NCBI RefSeq assembly: GCF_000002075.1
Contig: NW_004797316.1
Span: 742,509 to 806,508, forward strand
From: Aplysia californica
Lineage: Eukaryota
Length of the DNA stretch: 64,000 nt
Reading direction: 5' to 3'
Made by a program: the position numbers and the translations under genes. Position 1 is the stretch's first letter; the number at the start of each line of letters is the position of its first letter. Below, one piece after another: positions 27,501 to 38,387 of this stretch. A model generated the notes under the pieces. The model was not told the DNA's origin. It saw nothing but the letters and a program-made list of their open reading frames with translations, and did no database searches.

Positions 27501-30500
27501 TATTATTTTTCCTTTCTGGTCTGAAGGTTTGTCTCCCCAAAGGGGGCTGTGGGCATTTAAATCACCTAGCAAAATAAAGGGTTTTGGGAGCTGGGCCTTT
27601 AAGTTATTTAGTTGGGTTATTTTGAGGGGGTAATTTGGTGGGATATAAACTGAGCAGATTGTGATTGGTCTGTGCAGGGTGACCCGTACGGCAATAGCCT
27701 GGAGGGTCGTCCTAAGAGGTATTTGTCTCTGGTGTGTGTTGTTGTCGGTCTAGATGGTGGTACCACCGGAAGCAATCTGGTTCTCCGTGTGAATGTGATG
27801 ATATGCAGTAAATCCTCCATGGGTCTCAACTGAGAATTTTAAAAAAGGAGGAACTTTCCGGGTGATCGCCACAGAAGCCCATTTTCGCGAAACACCCATT
27901 ATTATTCTTATACTGTTGAACCCTAGAAAGCAGAAATAAAAACCATTAATTTATCAAAGCAATGTCATTTCACACCAATAAGAGGGTTTGGGAGATAATT
28001 TCAAGTAAGAAGAGGCACGTACAAAATATTTACAATCTTGATTACGTACAGAAAGTGGTGGCGCCTGCGGTCTTGTGCGACTTTTTAATTTTTCCCTTCA
28101 TCATATTCGTCTGTATATATAAACTTTATAAAATGAATCTTGTTTTGAGCCTAGAACCAGAATATTGACGGTCATGATTCATATCATAGGCCTATATAAT
28201 AAACGTGAAAGACAAAAATTAATGCTCAAAGTACAGAAGTATAGCCCAAGTATACCTTTTCAGTGTGAGAGGTGTAAAAGAACTGAGGGAGGGCAAGATG
28301 CGGTGGAACTGAAAATCTGCGGATCTTGAATAGAAAGCTGAAATATAGAGGTCTAATTTACTGTCACCAATCCAATAAAACACGAACACTTAGGCCCCCA
28401 AGTTCCACAACACGCTTACAAGTTATGACGGTTCCCGTTTTTACACAAGGCCTGCACCAACGCACACTTTACTTTGCAGAGAGCTGTAGATCTAGTAGCA
28501 ATCAAAATTCTAAACATAAAACATATTTGCTTCCAGTTTCAAATTTTTTGTCTTCTGGTGTTGCGTCCAGCCCTCCCCCTATCCCCGAGTGCGTCTTTTT
28601 AAAAAAATCAATAATCTCCCCCCATTCCTGAGTCCTGTACTTCGAAGCGCTCAGATTACTCAGAACGCGCGCAGGTTCATTGACCGGTCACAATGGCGAG
28701 CCCGGCAAGACGCTTGTATTATAACTTTCTTTTCTTTTCTTTTTGCTGTCCCCATAAGTGACGGCACAGTGACAAATATTGATTTATTTTCATGGCGACA
28801 CCACGTTTGTAATACCGAACCTGCATGTTACAATAATTGTTGCGTTAATATCAGACAATTACTGACAAATTTCTGGGTGGTAACGAAAGCGAAAGTAGAT
28901 CTTGATTTTCCAGTCGAACCTTGGTGACACAATTCCGCTTGCCGCCAAAACCACCAGTTCGCGCGAAACGTACTCTATGAGCCGAATTAATATCACGATC
29001 GCGACCGGTAGAAATGAACTTAAAGACGTTATTGAATTTGGTTTTCAAATGAGATCTTTTATGTATTTTCCCGGGGCTCGGCGATTTTTAAAAAAATTCC
29101 CGGACCTGGCAACCACCCTGCTCCCAACAACTCTCTTTCTGATTGGCCCGCTGTTGCGGTAGCGGACTTTACCGGAGGAAATGGCGGTAGCGGAAATCCG
29201 CTAAATAGCGGACTATTGAGACCCATGATCCTCTTAACTCTTATGGTTGAAGCCGGGGCGAATTTTGTTTCTTGTACACATGCCACATTTGGCCACAGTG
29301 TGGTCTGTAAGTGTTGCAATTCTGCAAGGGAAGGTCGGATTCTGTCGGCATTCCATTGCAGGACCGCCATTATGACTTTTTATATTTGGAGCACGCAGAT
29401 CCCGGCTTCGAAGAAACACTCTGACTTCTCTTTGCGGGGGAGGAAGAGTGTCTTCTAGGTAGCTGTCCTGGAATGGACGGCGGCCTAGTGGGGGATTTGG
29501 AGGAGTGACGGACTCCGCCCTTCCTGGGGACATGCCACATTGCACCAAAGCTGTGCCAGGGCTACCCCAGAGCTATACTCTTCATAAGAAAGTACAAGAC
29601 CCTCCCGCCAAGATTGACCCAGGACTGAAGGGGTTTCAGCTCTCAACCGATTGAGTAACATGGGCCGTGCCACCCTCCCGTATAAGAGGAAAACCTGGGC
29701 CAAAGAGGTGTGTTGGCGAGGGACAGTCCGTAGACTGATCTCACCTCAATCTGAAGGTACACGGTATCCCTCCGCACGGGTCGCACCTCATGGTCAACAA
29801 GGCGCCCACTTTGTGGGATGGGTGACCTCTCTTTTTGCTGCACATGAGGTCAGCGGGGAGAGAGAAAATAAAAGAAGACAGAAAGAAGGAAGGAGAAGAG
29901 GAAGACACATCAAAGCTGGTGTCGCAACCGGATCCCAGAGGGTTGGGGTCCGTGTGCGACACCTCGCCTTTGAAGGGATCGCACCTCCTGCAGACGAAGC
30001 AGTGGGTCTATTTATATCCCCCCCCGACCCACTGGGGGTGCGTTTAATTCTAAAAAAGCACCCCACCCAAATATTATTAAAATAAGCAAATAAAAGAGTG
30101 TAAAATTGTATCATTTACAGGAAAATTAGTTAAACTGATTGATAAAATGCAAACTCTTTAAAAATAAAATGATGCAGTTAATCTATATCATAGACTATGC
30201 TAGCTTAACTGTTGTGTTGCCTCTCTCTCTGTCCCACATCAGTTAGCCTATGCCTTTTTTCAAGTTCATGGTTTAGTACAGTTTATTTCTTTACAATGTG
30301 TTTTGTCTTTTTCCTATTTTACATCAATTTTGAAAACTTTGTTTATACCGCACACATGTTTTTGCTTGTAAGAAACAGACAAATTTTTGTCACGCCGGAG
30401 TGCACGGAAATGAGCGCGCTGATGAACTTGCCGGCAAAGCAGCATCCAATGGCCGAATCATGCTCGACCCACCAATGTTGATAGCCAGATGCAGGGAGAG

Positions 30501-33500
30501 CCTTCACGACCAAGAGGAGACAGACTCCCACACACTCAGCACAATAAAAGAAAAGTGTGTGCGGGGCACAGCGAAAAAAAGTTTGCTCCGAGGAGTGGTC
30601 AGGCGTGTCTCAAACCAGCTCCTCGTGGAGACAATTAGCTGGAAGACCCTGAGGTGGACGCTGGAAAGGAGAGATGAGCAGCTATGGACATGTGCCGCCT
30701 GCTATGATTCTAGTTCTGGATCCAAGTAAATCCAAGACAAATTTTTACAAAAATAAGGGTGATTTTGGGGGGGTCTAAAAAAGATCACAAATATTCCTAG
30801 TAATTTCAACAGGAAAAATAAATTTGAAAAGTCTTTTGAGTCACCAGCTCGGTCTTGGAATGAATTAAACTCATAGCTCAAGACATTACTGTATTATTAT
30901 TATTCAGTAACAACAGTTTTTCATTGACATACCTCTGCCACACAAGAGACACCGTGTTTCTTTAACATCTCCTGAAAATGACGAACTGTCGGCTCATAGT
31001 CACGATCTTCTCTGTCCAAGTCTTTCACAAACAGACACACTTCCATATTCTCATGCCTGAGGCTGTGAGGTAACTTTCTGCAAGAAAAATACACTGGCTT
31101 TAAAACAATGAAACAAGTTTCTATCATCAAAGCTGCGGAAACAATCAAAATGGGATAAAATGAAAGCCTTTCACAAACACAATATTGATTATTTCAGTGA
31201 TGAGAGTAATAGCAGACATTTAAATCAAATTTTCTTTTCTTCATCATGTAAGTATCATATATGACAGCCTTAGGCATGTGCGTGTGTGTGCTTTAACTTA
31301 ACCCGTTAGGGCTCACCCCTGCTCAGTGAGATACATTACCCAAGAGAAAAGAACAAAGTACTTTAGAATTCTCCACACAGGAATCGACCCACTGTTGTTA
31401 CCAAAGAACTTAAGGGGAGATGTACACTTCCGGAAAAATGTTCTAAATGAATGACTGTTATTCACTTTCATGTAATTGTGCAAGAAGGTCATAGGTAAAT
31501 AGGATGTACTAAGGGTGAATTTGTTTTTTTTTACTCTGAAAACTGGGTCTCTGTGGCGGCCAGCTTGGATTTTCAAACCAGTTTCTTAGTGCAGAAGAAT
31601 TCCATAGTAAATATTGAATTATAAGCCTGAAATTTTGGGGTACATATTACAAAAATTTGAATATTTCCACAAGTCACCAATATTTCCCAATTCCTTCACA
31701 TGGATCCCCAGAATAGATCTTAAAGCACCTGTACGCCAAAGTTGAAGCTTTTAACAACTGTAGATTTTGAAAACTCCTTGCACCAAGGAGGTCACATTTG
31801 TCAAAAAGTAGATTTTGAGAAAAACAGAAAAAACAGGGATTTTTAAAAGCATTTTTAGTGCAAGTTGCACTTTTCAAACACCCTATTAGGTCATTTAGGG
31901 TGTTTTTTCAACAGTTCGTTATTGTGACCAAATAGAACAGATGTCAAAGGATGTTTTTCCGCAAAAAACAAAAGTTGGATAGTTTGAAATTTTTTATCGA
32001 TATTGTCTGGGAATGCCGACCCGGGTCTTCCCTTAACCATTAAGCCCCATTTAGACGTACAGTTCGCTGATCGACAAACTGTAGGATATCGAGAGGGTGG
32101 CCGGCATCCTGTCAATTTCACATGGAAACTGAGCAATTCTCTTGATATCGAAGGGTTTTCCGTCCAACCACCAGATATCTGGCGACGCCAGATATTTGAC
32201 GGCCGGCGAACCGAAGGAGTGAAGACGAGGGAGCGGCTTCTTTGATGTTACCCCAGGCGTAGTTGAAAATACATTCCAAAAATTTCCGAAATATTCGTCA
32301 AATCCAAAAAATAATAAGATTTTCGTGATCAGCGACCCAAAATTAGTAAAATTCACGCAGAGAACGCAATTTAATACCGGATTACCAAGTTAAATTATGT
32401 TTGTGTGTTTGCTTTTGAATTACCATTCGCCAGCCCTTCACCTTCAAAAGTGAAGGCAAAAAAACGTACCGCGTGATGTGTGTGTAGTATACTGCCGAGA
32501 TGTGTTGGAGTCAGCTGAGGGCTACACACCATTGTTTCATCTAGCTAGACAGTGCTGTTTATTTTAATTTTTTGCTGTTGTCTACGCGCTACCAGTTTTA
32601 CTATTGCACTCATGTCCGTGTGGAATAACAAGGAAACTGGGCGCTTTTTCGGTAGTTCCCACCCCTCTTAATTAGACCTAGATCTAGATCCAGATCCAGA
32701 TCAGAGAGGGTGATCCAGATCTAGATTTAGATCAGAAAGCTATGTTTGATGCGCAGCGAGCGAGAGATATCAAGGTAAAGTGCCCCCCCCCCTACATCTA
32801 CTCTAGGGACCAAAACCGGCGAATAGTAATTGGGGGTGGGGGGTGGGACTACCAAAAAAGTAAACTACTACAGTTCATCGCACTTTATCGAACGTTCCCA
32901 GCATTGTGGAAATAGAATATTTGTGTGTGTGTGAATGTACTGAGGGCTACACTCCATTATTTCATCTAGACTATTCTAGACCAGTAGATCTAGACAGTGC
33001 TGTTTATTTAATTAATTGTTTTTTGTCTACACGCTACCAGTTTTACTATTGCACATGTCTTCTAGTTTTACTACAATGACAAAGGTGTCCGTGTTGGAGT
33101 CAGCTGAAGGCTACACATCATTGTTTCATATAGACAGTGCTGTTTATTTATTTGTTTTTGTCTACACGCTACCAGTCCAGTTTTACTATTGCACAGGTCT
33201 TCTAGCCTAGTTCTAGTACAATGTCCGTGCCGTGTGGAATAACAAGGAAACTGGGTGTCTTTTCGATAGTTCCCACCCCGCTTATTTGGACCTAGAGATC
33301 TAGATCTAGATTTAGATCAGAAGTTATGTTTGATGCGCGGCGAGCGAGAGATATCAAACCTAACGGCAAAACGTCAAATTATGGAAAAGTGCCCCCCCCC
33401 CCCTCCACATTCTTATTAGATTTCTAGCTGTCCCCCTGAAACACTCTTGGGACCAAAACCGGCGAATAGTAACTGGAAGGGGGGCTACTGAAAAAGTAAA

Positions 33501-36500
33501 CTATTCTACAGTTCATCGAACGAACATTATCGAACGTTGCCAGTATTGTGGAAATAGAATATTTGTGTGTGTAGGTACTTCTTTTTAATAGCCATTTTGG
33601 ATTTGAGAGATTTGAGAACAAAAAATGCTGCCAAATCATCCATGTAGCTTGCTTCAGCCATTGTTAACGTTTTTGACCTAGATCTAGCTACAACAGTCCA
33701 AGGACGGATAAAAAACTGTACGTCTAAACGGAACATCTCTCGTCGACAAACTGTCAGCTTACAGATGACCGAGATCGAGCGTCCGTCGGTTAAACTGTCA
33801 ATTTGTCGATCAACGAACTGTACGTCTAAATGGGGCTTTAAAGATCAGAAGCTGGTCCTAGCACCTTTAAACCACACACAATCGACAAAAATTTAGCAAG
33901 CCACACTGACCCATATCCCAGAAGAAGTCTTTCCCGAAGACCATAGATTGGTTTTAAAAAATCATAGAGCAAGCTTTGCCTCATACATACAAGGGGCATA
34001 CCAAAATTTTTAACCTGACCATGAAGGAATAAAGGTAGAGAAAGCTGAAATTTGGGGCTAAAGCCAACAATTATATTCCCAGAGTGCATGTCAATTTTGG
34101 GGAATTTCTGACAGATTACTGGTTTTACCACCAGCGCACTGTAAGTGAATGGGGTAATGTTCTCCAGTTTCAACATAAAATTGAAGAAAATTGAGCACAG
34201 GGCAGTATGAAGTTTTTGTTCTTGCAAGGCAAGCAACAACAGGATATTTTTACGAAGATGCATGCCGGATATGAAACTGATTGCCTATCCTATGCTGTGA
34301 TGAAATTTGGGTGCAAAAAATTCAAATGCGGATTCGTAGACATTGAAGATGGCCGCCAAGTGACAGCAACAACAAAAGAGAATGTGTTGAAAATCAAGAA
34401 ACTTGTGTTGTCTGATAGGCCGGTGACAGTTGAACTTTTGAGCAAAGAAACTAGGCTTAGCATTGGATCAGTAGAACGAATCTTTAATGAACACTTCTAA
34501 AGGACCAAGGTTTCTGCGAGATGGGTCCCACGTTTGTTGACTCCTCAAAAAGTGCAACGTGTGGATGCATTATCTTTAAGAATTGTTGCTTGGTTTGTAT
34601 GAAAAGGATGAAACTAAATTTTTTGAAAGACTTGTAACCAAGGATGAGACATGAGTCCACCACTACGATCCTGAGTCAAAAATCTGCATCAACGCAGTGG
34701 AAATCACCCTTGTCTCCAACACCAAAGAAGGCAAAGCTGCAGCCATCAAGATGAAAAGAGATGCAATCAGTTTTTTGGGACCAAGAAGGAGTGATCATGA
34801 CAGACTATTTAAATTTTGAAAATGGATATACGATCACTGAAAACCATTATTCTAACCAGCTAAAAAAAATTACGAGAGGCTGTAAAAAAAAAGCGCAGAA
34901 GAAAGATACGAAAAAGCATTTCGCTGCTTCACGACAATGTGCCAGCACACACTTCAAGAAAAGCTGCAGAAATTGGATGAGAAAATAGCTATGAAATTTT
35001 GCCACATCCATCCTATTCTCCAGATATAGTCCTGTCTGACCCTTTTTATTCCCCAAACTCAAAAAAGGATTTAAAAGGAAGGCATTTTGAAAGAGATGAT
35101 GAGGTCAAATAAGCAATAGAGGGCTGGTTTCCTGACATACAGAGGGTCCTCTATTCTCAAGGTCTTTTCAAGGTCATAAACCGATGGCAAAAAAATGTGT
35201 AACTCTAGGAGGCGACTACATAGAGAAAGACTAAGTTTAGTGCCAAATTTCAGCTTTCTACCTTTATACCCTTATGGTCTGTTAAAAAAACTTCATATGC
35301 CCATCCCATACAACTGACATAGCCTTTGATTAGAAAAAGACACACAAAAGCAGAAACTCAGTAAGATATATTATATGAACCAGCATGAAATATCCAATGT
35401 TCACAACTATTCACACATTTAGTCCAGAATTAACTTCCAAAATATTTTCCCTGATCCTTTTTAACCTTCAATTATCCACATGTCATGTGAGCCCTGACTA
35501 AGTAACATAAAGCCCACAATAAACCATTTTGAGAAGTGATCAGTACAAATACAAGTAATAATTTTACTCAATTTGTCTAAACGAGCTCGCTCTCAATTCA
35601 TCTGCAATAAATTTCTTTGAATTCCTTCCATCTCATAGAAAGAAAAAACTCCCAAAAAACCAAGATAACTGATCCTATAGAATAGTACCACAATTTCAGC
35701 CCATGTCTCAGTTTAACACTTTTTTTCACTGTACAGTCCTTTCAAATTTCGACCAAAAGTACAACTGTATGATGAGACAAGCCCAAAAAACAAAACAGAA
35801 AACAATTAAATAACAGCAACCACTGCAAAACTTATAATACATAAAAAAGTTCACCTGCAGAAAAGAAAAACAATAGGAGGCAAAATCTAGACAATCCACA
35901 ATATTTTTATCATCACATATGAAGAATCAGCTATCACGATAACTCCCAGAATTAATCATGTGCATACTTACAACTTCACAATTTTTTCCCTGGGGGGTAT
36001 TTTCTTCAAACAAATCTGCATCTGCACTTGATTCACTTCATCGACAAGACTTTTCTTTTCCAGTTTCTTGGCCAACTGTACGAGAGTGCCAACAGCAGTA
36101 GAGACCTAAACAAACAAGATTGACTTTTACACAGTTCAGTTGAAAACATCACTTTCATCTCAACACTTTCTCCCCATTACTGGAAAAGCAAAATTTACAG
36201 AGTAAAGTGCATTTGAACTTGAAGCATAAACAGTGACTGAGCTGTTGATTCCAGATCAATATTTTTTCAATGGCTTCTCTTACCATAAAAAAAACACTGA
36301 AATTATATTGTGTTATATACAACCATTGCTGACAAAATGTACTAATACCGGGCATTATTTTTTAAATACTTAGAAAGAGGAATTTCTTAATTACCAGTCA
36401 AATATCAGCACTTACACGGAACATTCATTTCAATTTCATAAAGTACATATTGTTAAAAAGGGAAAATTTGTGAAACAAAACTGAAAATTAAGATACCGAA

Positions 36501-37513
36501 GATCATCTAACTACATACATAGAAAGTGTTCTTACAAGCACTAATCATAATTCACATTAATTTAAAAAACTAAATAAATAAGTTATCAAGCCTAAGACTA
36601 CTCCCTATGATTAGACAAGATAAAATACAGTAGAGTCCACTTACGTCAAACACTTTTACTTTAAAAAACAGCAGTAACCAAAAGAAAATAGAATCACTGA
36701 TATTTTTTCCCTTCTTTCTTTTTGTAAGAAAAGTACTGACCATATAAGTCAAAATGCTTCCATTTCTAACCAAAAAAAACCTTTTAGGGTTATATCATCT
36801 AAATCTTCACCAGCAACTCACAAGTAATGCAAATCATCAAGACTTAGGTGTTTCAAAATTGAGAAACAAAAATTAGAAAGAAACACAAGAACACACGTGG
36901 CAATTGAGGATCAGAGAGGCATTGCCAATGTACTGTTTGCCTATATTTATCACACACATCAATAGGTCTACACACTGTGCATAGTGACACAAGGATAGCA
37001 AATGTATGTCTATCACGTGACCTTCAGTTGGTCGTGGACTGTTCTCAAGCTAGTTCACATGGGCCCTACGCTTGAGCTTGTGACAGTATGTGTTATGTTT
37101 CATAACATTCCTGGCATTGGGTTTCTTACTTTTCTTGCCCAGCAGAGAGCACAGGGCAGTGTTCTGATCTACTCTTTCATCTGTTCTGCATGACTGTCAG
37201 GCAGATTACGCAAACTGACCATGTCGAAGAAAAAGACAATGTGTACAGCCTGCAGCTCAATATGTAGTTACCGAAAAAGGTAGACGAGTAAAAAATTTCT
37301 CAAAAAGTGAAATTTACAGCAAGAAGGGCATTCCCAACTCTACTGTTTCGACAATTATCACTTTTTGACCAACACATCTCTAAACCAAAGAAAGCCCAGC
37401 AATCCCGCAGATTTCCGCTAGTGCAGACTCCACTGTAATTATTAATCTAAACCTTGCATTAGAGACCTTGTGAAACAAATTACCTTTCTTTCCTTAAGCT
37501 CCATACTGGTCAT
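18259..37513 (-). CDS. RSL1D1: Ribosomal L1 domain-containing protein 1 (CSIG/Utp30-like), 7 coding exons: 37513-37484, 36105-35972, 31077-30933, 24343-24195, 23397-23296, 20982-20816, 18524-18259; 993 nt, 330 aa
   Basis: Manually spliced. All introns are GT-AG with matching phases (0,2,0,2,2,1). The translation has RSL1D1 motifs: KLPHSLR..EVCLFVKD, IIPLKSLKTEYKPYEAKRNLSNAYDVFLADARVVRLLPTYLGKHFYGKRKTPIQVNL, PGGWNNIKQLSVKTPLSTSIPIY, and a Lys-rich basic tail. Confidence 0.92.
20816..20982 (-). CDS. RSL1D1: RSL1D1 coding exon 6 (LAIVANLEM...PGGWNNIKQLSVKTPLSTSIPIYLAA)
   Basis: attcccag| acceptor, g|gtgagt donor; conserved GGW.NI...KT..S.SIP motif. Confidence 0.94.
22176..23262. mobile_element. 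MITE with CATAGACCTGCATGT-type TIR (P-like) in an RSL1D1 intron
   Basis: atagacctgcatgt at 22176 and acatgcaggtctatg ending at 23262; gtcgg/ccgac subterminal repeats; internal (TCTAGA)n; no clear TSD. Confidence 0.65.
23296..23397 (-). CDS. RSL1D1: RSL1D1 coding exon 5 (TPIQVNLQAKRLKEEIDAALDNSRCVISNRGAS)
   Basis: ctccttttgataag| acceptor (AAG type), ag|gttagt donor; the phase 2/2 boundaries match both neighbours. Confidence 0.9.
24195..24343 (-). CDS. RSL1D1: RSL1D1 coding exon 4 (IIPLKSLKTEYKPYEAKR...HFYGKRK)
   Basis: ctttcag| acceptor, aa|gtgagt donor; core Ribosomal_L1 motif YDVFLADARVVRLLP. Confidence 0.95.
25186..30041 (-). mobile_element. I-group LINE with intact 5' leader, degraded EN-RT and 3' truncation; interrupted by 27818-29227
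   Basis: The EN start MAVLQWNAD...CVQETKF (29370) continues after the insertion as RGFTAYHH...QAIAVRVTLHRPITICSVYIPP. RT motifs are QCGFRKTQSTLDHLVRLE, YLEKAFDTTW, YVDD and ARFLGVIFDKKLTF. Confidence 0.92.
27818..29227. mobile_element. Non-autonomous DNA element, 12-bp TIR CATGGGTCTCAA, 6-bp TSD ATCCTC
   Basis: atcctc|catgggtctcaa...ttgagacccatg|atcctc; removing it rejoins the LINE endonuclease sequence. Confidence 0.88.
30385..30736 (+). mobile_element. 3' end of an RNase H-bearing LINE
   Basis: HAGVHGNERADELAGKAA (RNase H C-terminal motif), ORF 30400..30729, short tccaag tail repeats. Confidence 0.8.
30933..31077 (-). CDS. RSL1D1: RSL1D1 coding exon 3 (KLPHSLRHENMEVCLFVKD...CVAE)
   Basis: ttcttgcag| acceptor, gag|gtatgt donor; lies in ORF 30921..31148; conserved VCLFVKD motif. 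Confidence 0.93.
31414..32032. mobile_element. TTAA-flanked MITE (Kolobok-like)
   Basis: ttaa|ggggagatg...gtcttccc|ttaa with a short imperfect TIR. Confidence 0.5.
32043..33837. mobile_element. PIF/Harbinger-like non-autonomous element
   Basis: ~35-bp TIR agccccatttagacgtacagttcg...cgaactgtacgtctaaatggggct with TTA TSD on both sides. Confidence 0.85.
32504..33570. repeat. Internal tandem duplications, including a small MITE (TIR gggcgctttttcggtagttcccaccc; another copy at 51482-51716)
   Basis: 32504-32930 is repeated at 33090-33570, with a partial third unit at 32940-33055. Confidence 0.8.
33990..35308 (+). mobile_element. Full-length degenerate mariner element
   Basis: TA TSD, ~65-bp TIRs; transposase motifs WVPRLLT, VTKDET, FWDQEG, LLHDNVPAH and HPSYSPD, broken by stops and frameshifts. 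Confidence 0.92.
35972..36105 (-). CDS. RSL1D1: RSL1D1 coding exon 2 (VSTAVGTLVQLAKK...ICLKKIPPREKIVKL)
   Basis: tttgtttag| acceptor, tt|gtaagt donor, open frame; phase 2 joins the next exon to give L-KLPH. Confidence 0.88.
37484..37513 (-). CDS. RSL1D1: RSL1D1 first coding exon (MTSMELKERK)
   Basis: aaaATG context, donor aag|gtaatt in phase 0, which fits the next exon; candidate upstream acceptors give exon starts at 37582 or 37524. Confidence 0.7.
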
Positions 37514-37949
37514 TTTGTATTTCTCTGGAAAGAAGTGACCACTATGTATCCTTACAAAAGAAGGTACTAAAAGTGACCTCAGCTGTAAAAAAATGAAAAG
37601 AGAAGTTATTTAAACCTCAAAGTGTGCTTTCATTAGCATTTTCACAACACAGCTAGGTTCACACACAAAAATAAAAAATCCTGTTTCAGATTAATATAAA
37701 GTAAATTGGTTCGTGATCATGAGATTGCATCAAATCAACTCTTAACCCGCTACTTATTACAGAACTAAGTAAAATCAGATGGAAAAATCCCCCTCCTAAA
37801 TATGACTTTTCATCACAATTAATAGAAATGGACATGACTACAACATAGATGATAGTGAGTTTCAGTTAACAGGACGGCCATAACCAACAGTATTCGATAG
37901 AGTACTACATGAATAATACCATTCATCTCCAGATCTCTTAAATCTATAC

Positions 37950-38045
37950 ATCGAAAGGAGTCAAGGTGGGCGGCCACAAAATCTACAACCTAAAGTAGGC
38001 TGATGATACAGTCTTGATAGCTTGCACAGACTCTAAGCTCCAAGA
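37950..38045 (+). mobile_element. RTE LINE RT fragment
   Basis: GVKVGGHKIYNLK*ADDTVLIA...LQ (YADD region). Confidence 0.7.
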
Positions 38046-38387
38046 TGGCTTTCATATGACCTTATGCAGTTCCGAGTGCTGTAAAACCTCTATTTAAACT
38101 AAAAAGCTCAAAGAGATTCTAACTAACTAGGTCTAGAATGAAAGAGAAGAGCCTACTACTGAATGCCAAGAAAGCGGAATGCACATGTGAGGCATCGTGG
38201 TGAAATCAGGCGCTTGTCAAAATAACAAAATTGGAGAAACAGGCATTTTCCCACCAGTCTCGCAATTTTAATCAAATTTTTTTTTTATTCAACCCTTTTA
38301 TGTCCAAAAAAAAAAGACATTTCCATGTGAACTAGAATACTCTGATTAGATCTAGATATCTACCTTTTATTTTTTACCATTTCATTT

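Noticed and set aside
37002-37260. Coding-like stretch in the RSL1D1 intron
   Set aside because: Stops interrupt the plausible minus-strand frames and no consistent splice pair is present; possibly a Cys-rich transposase tail remnant that I cannot assign.
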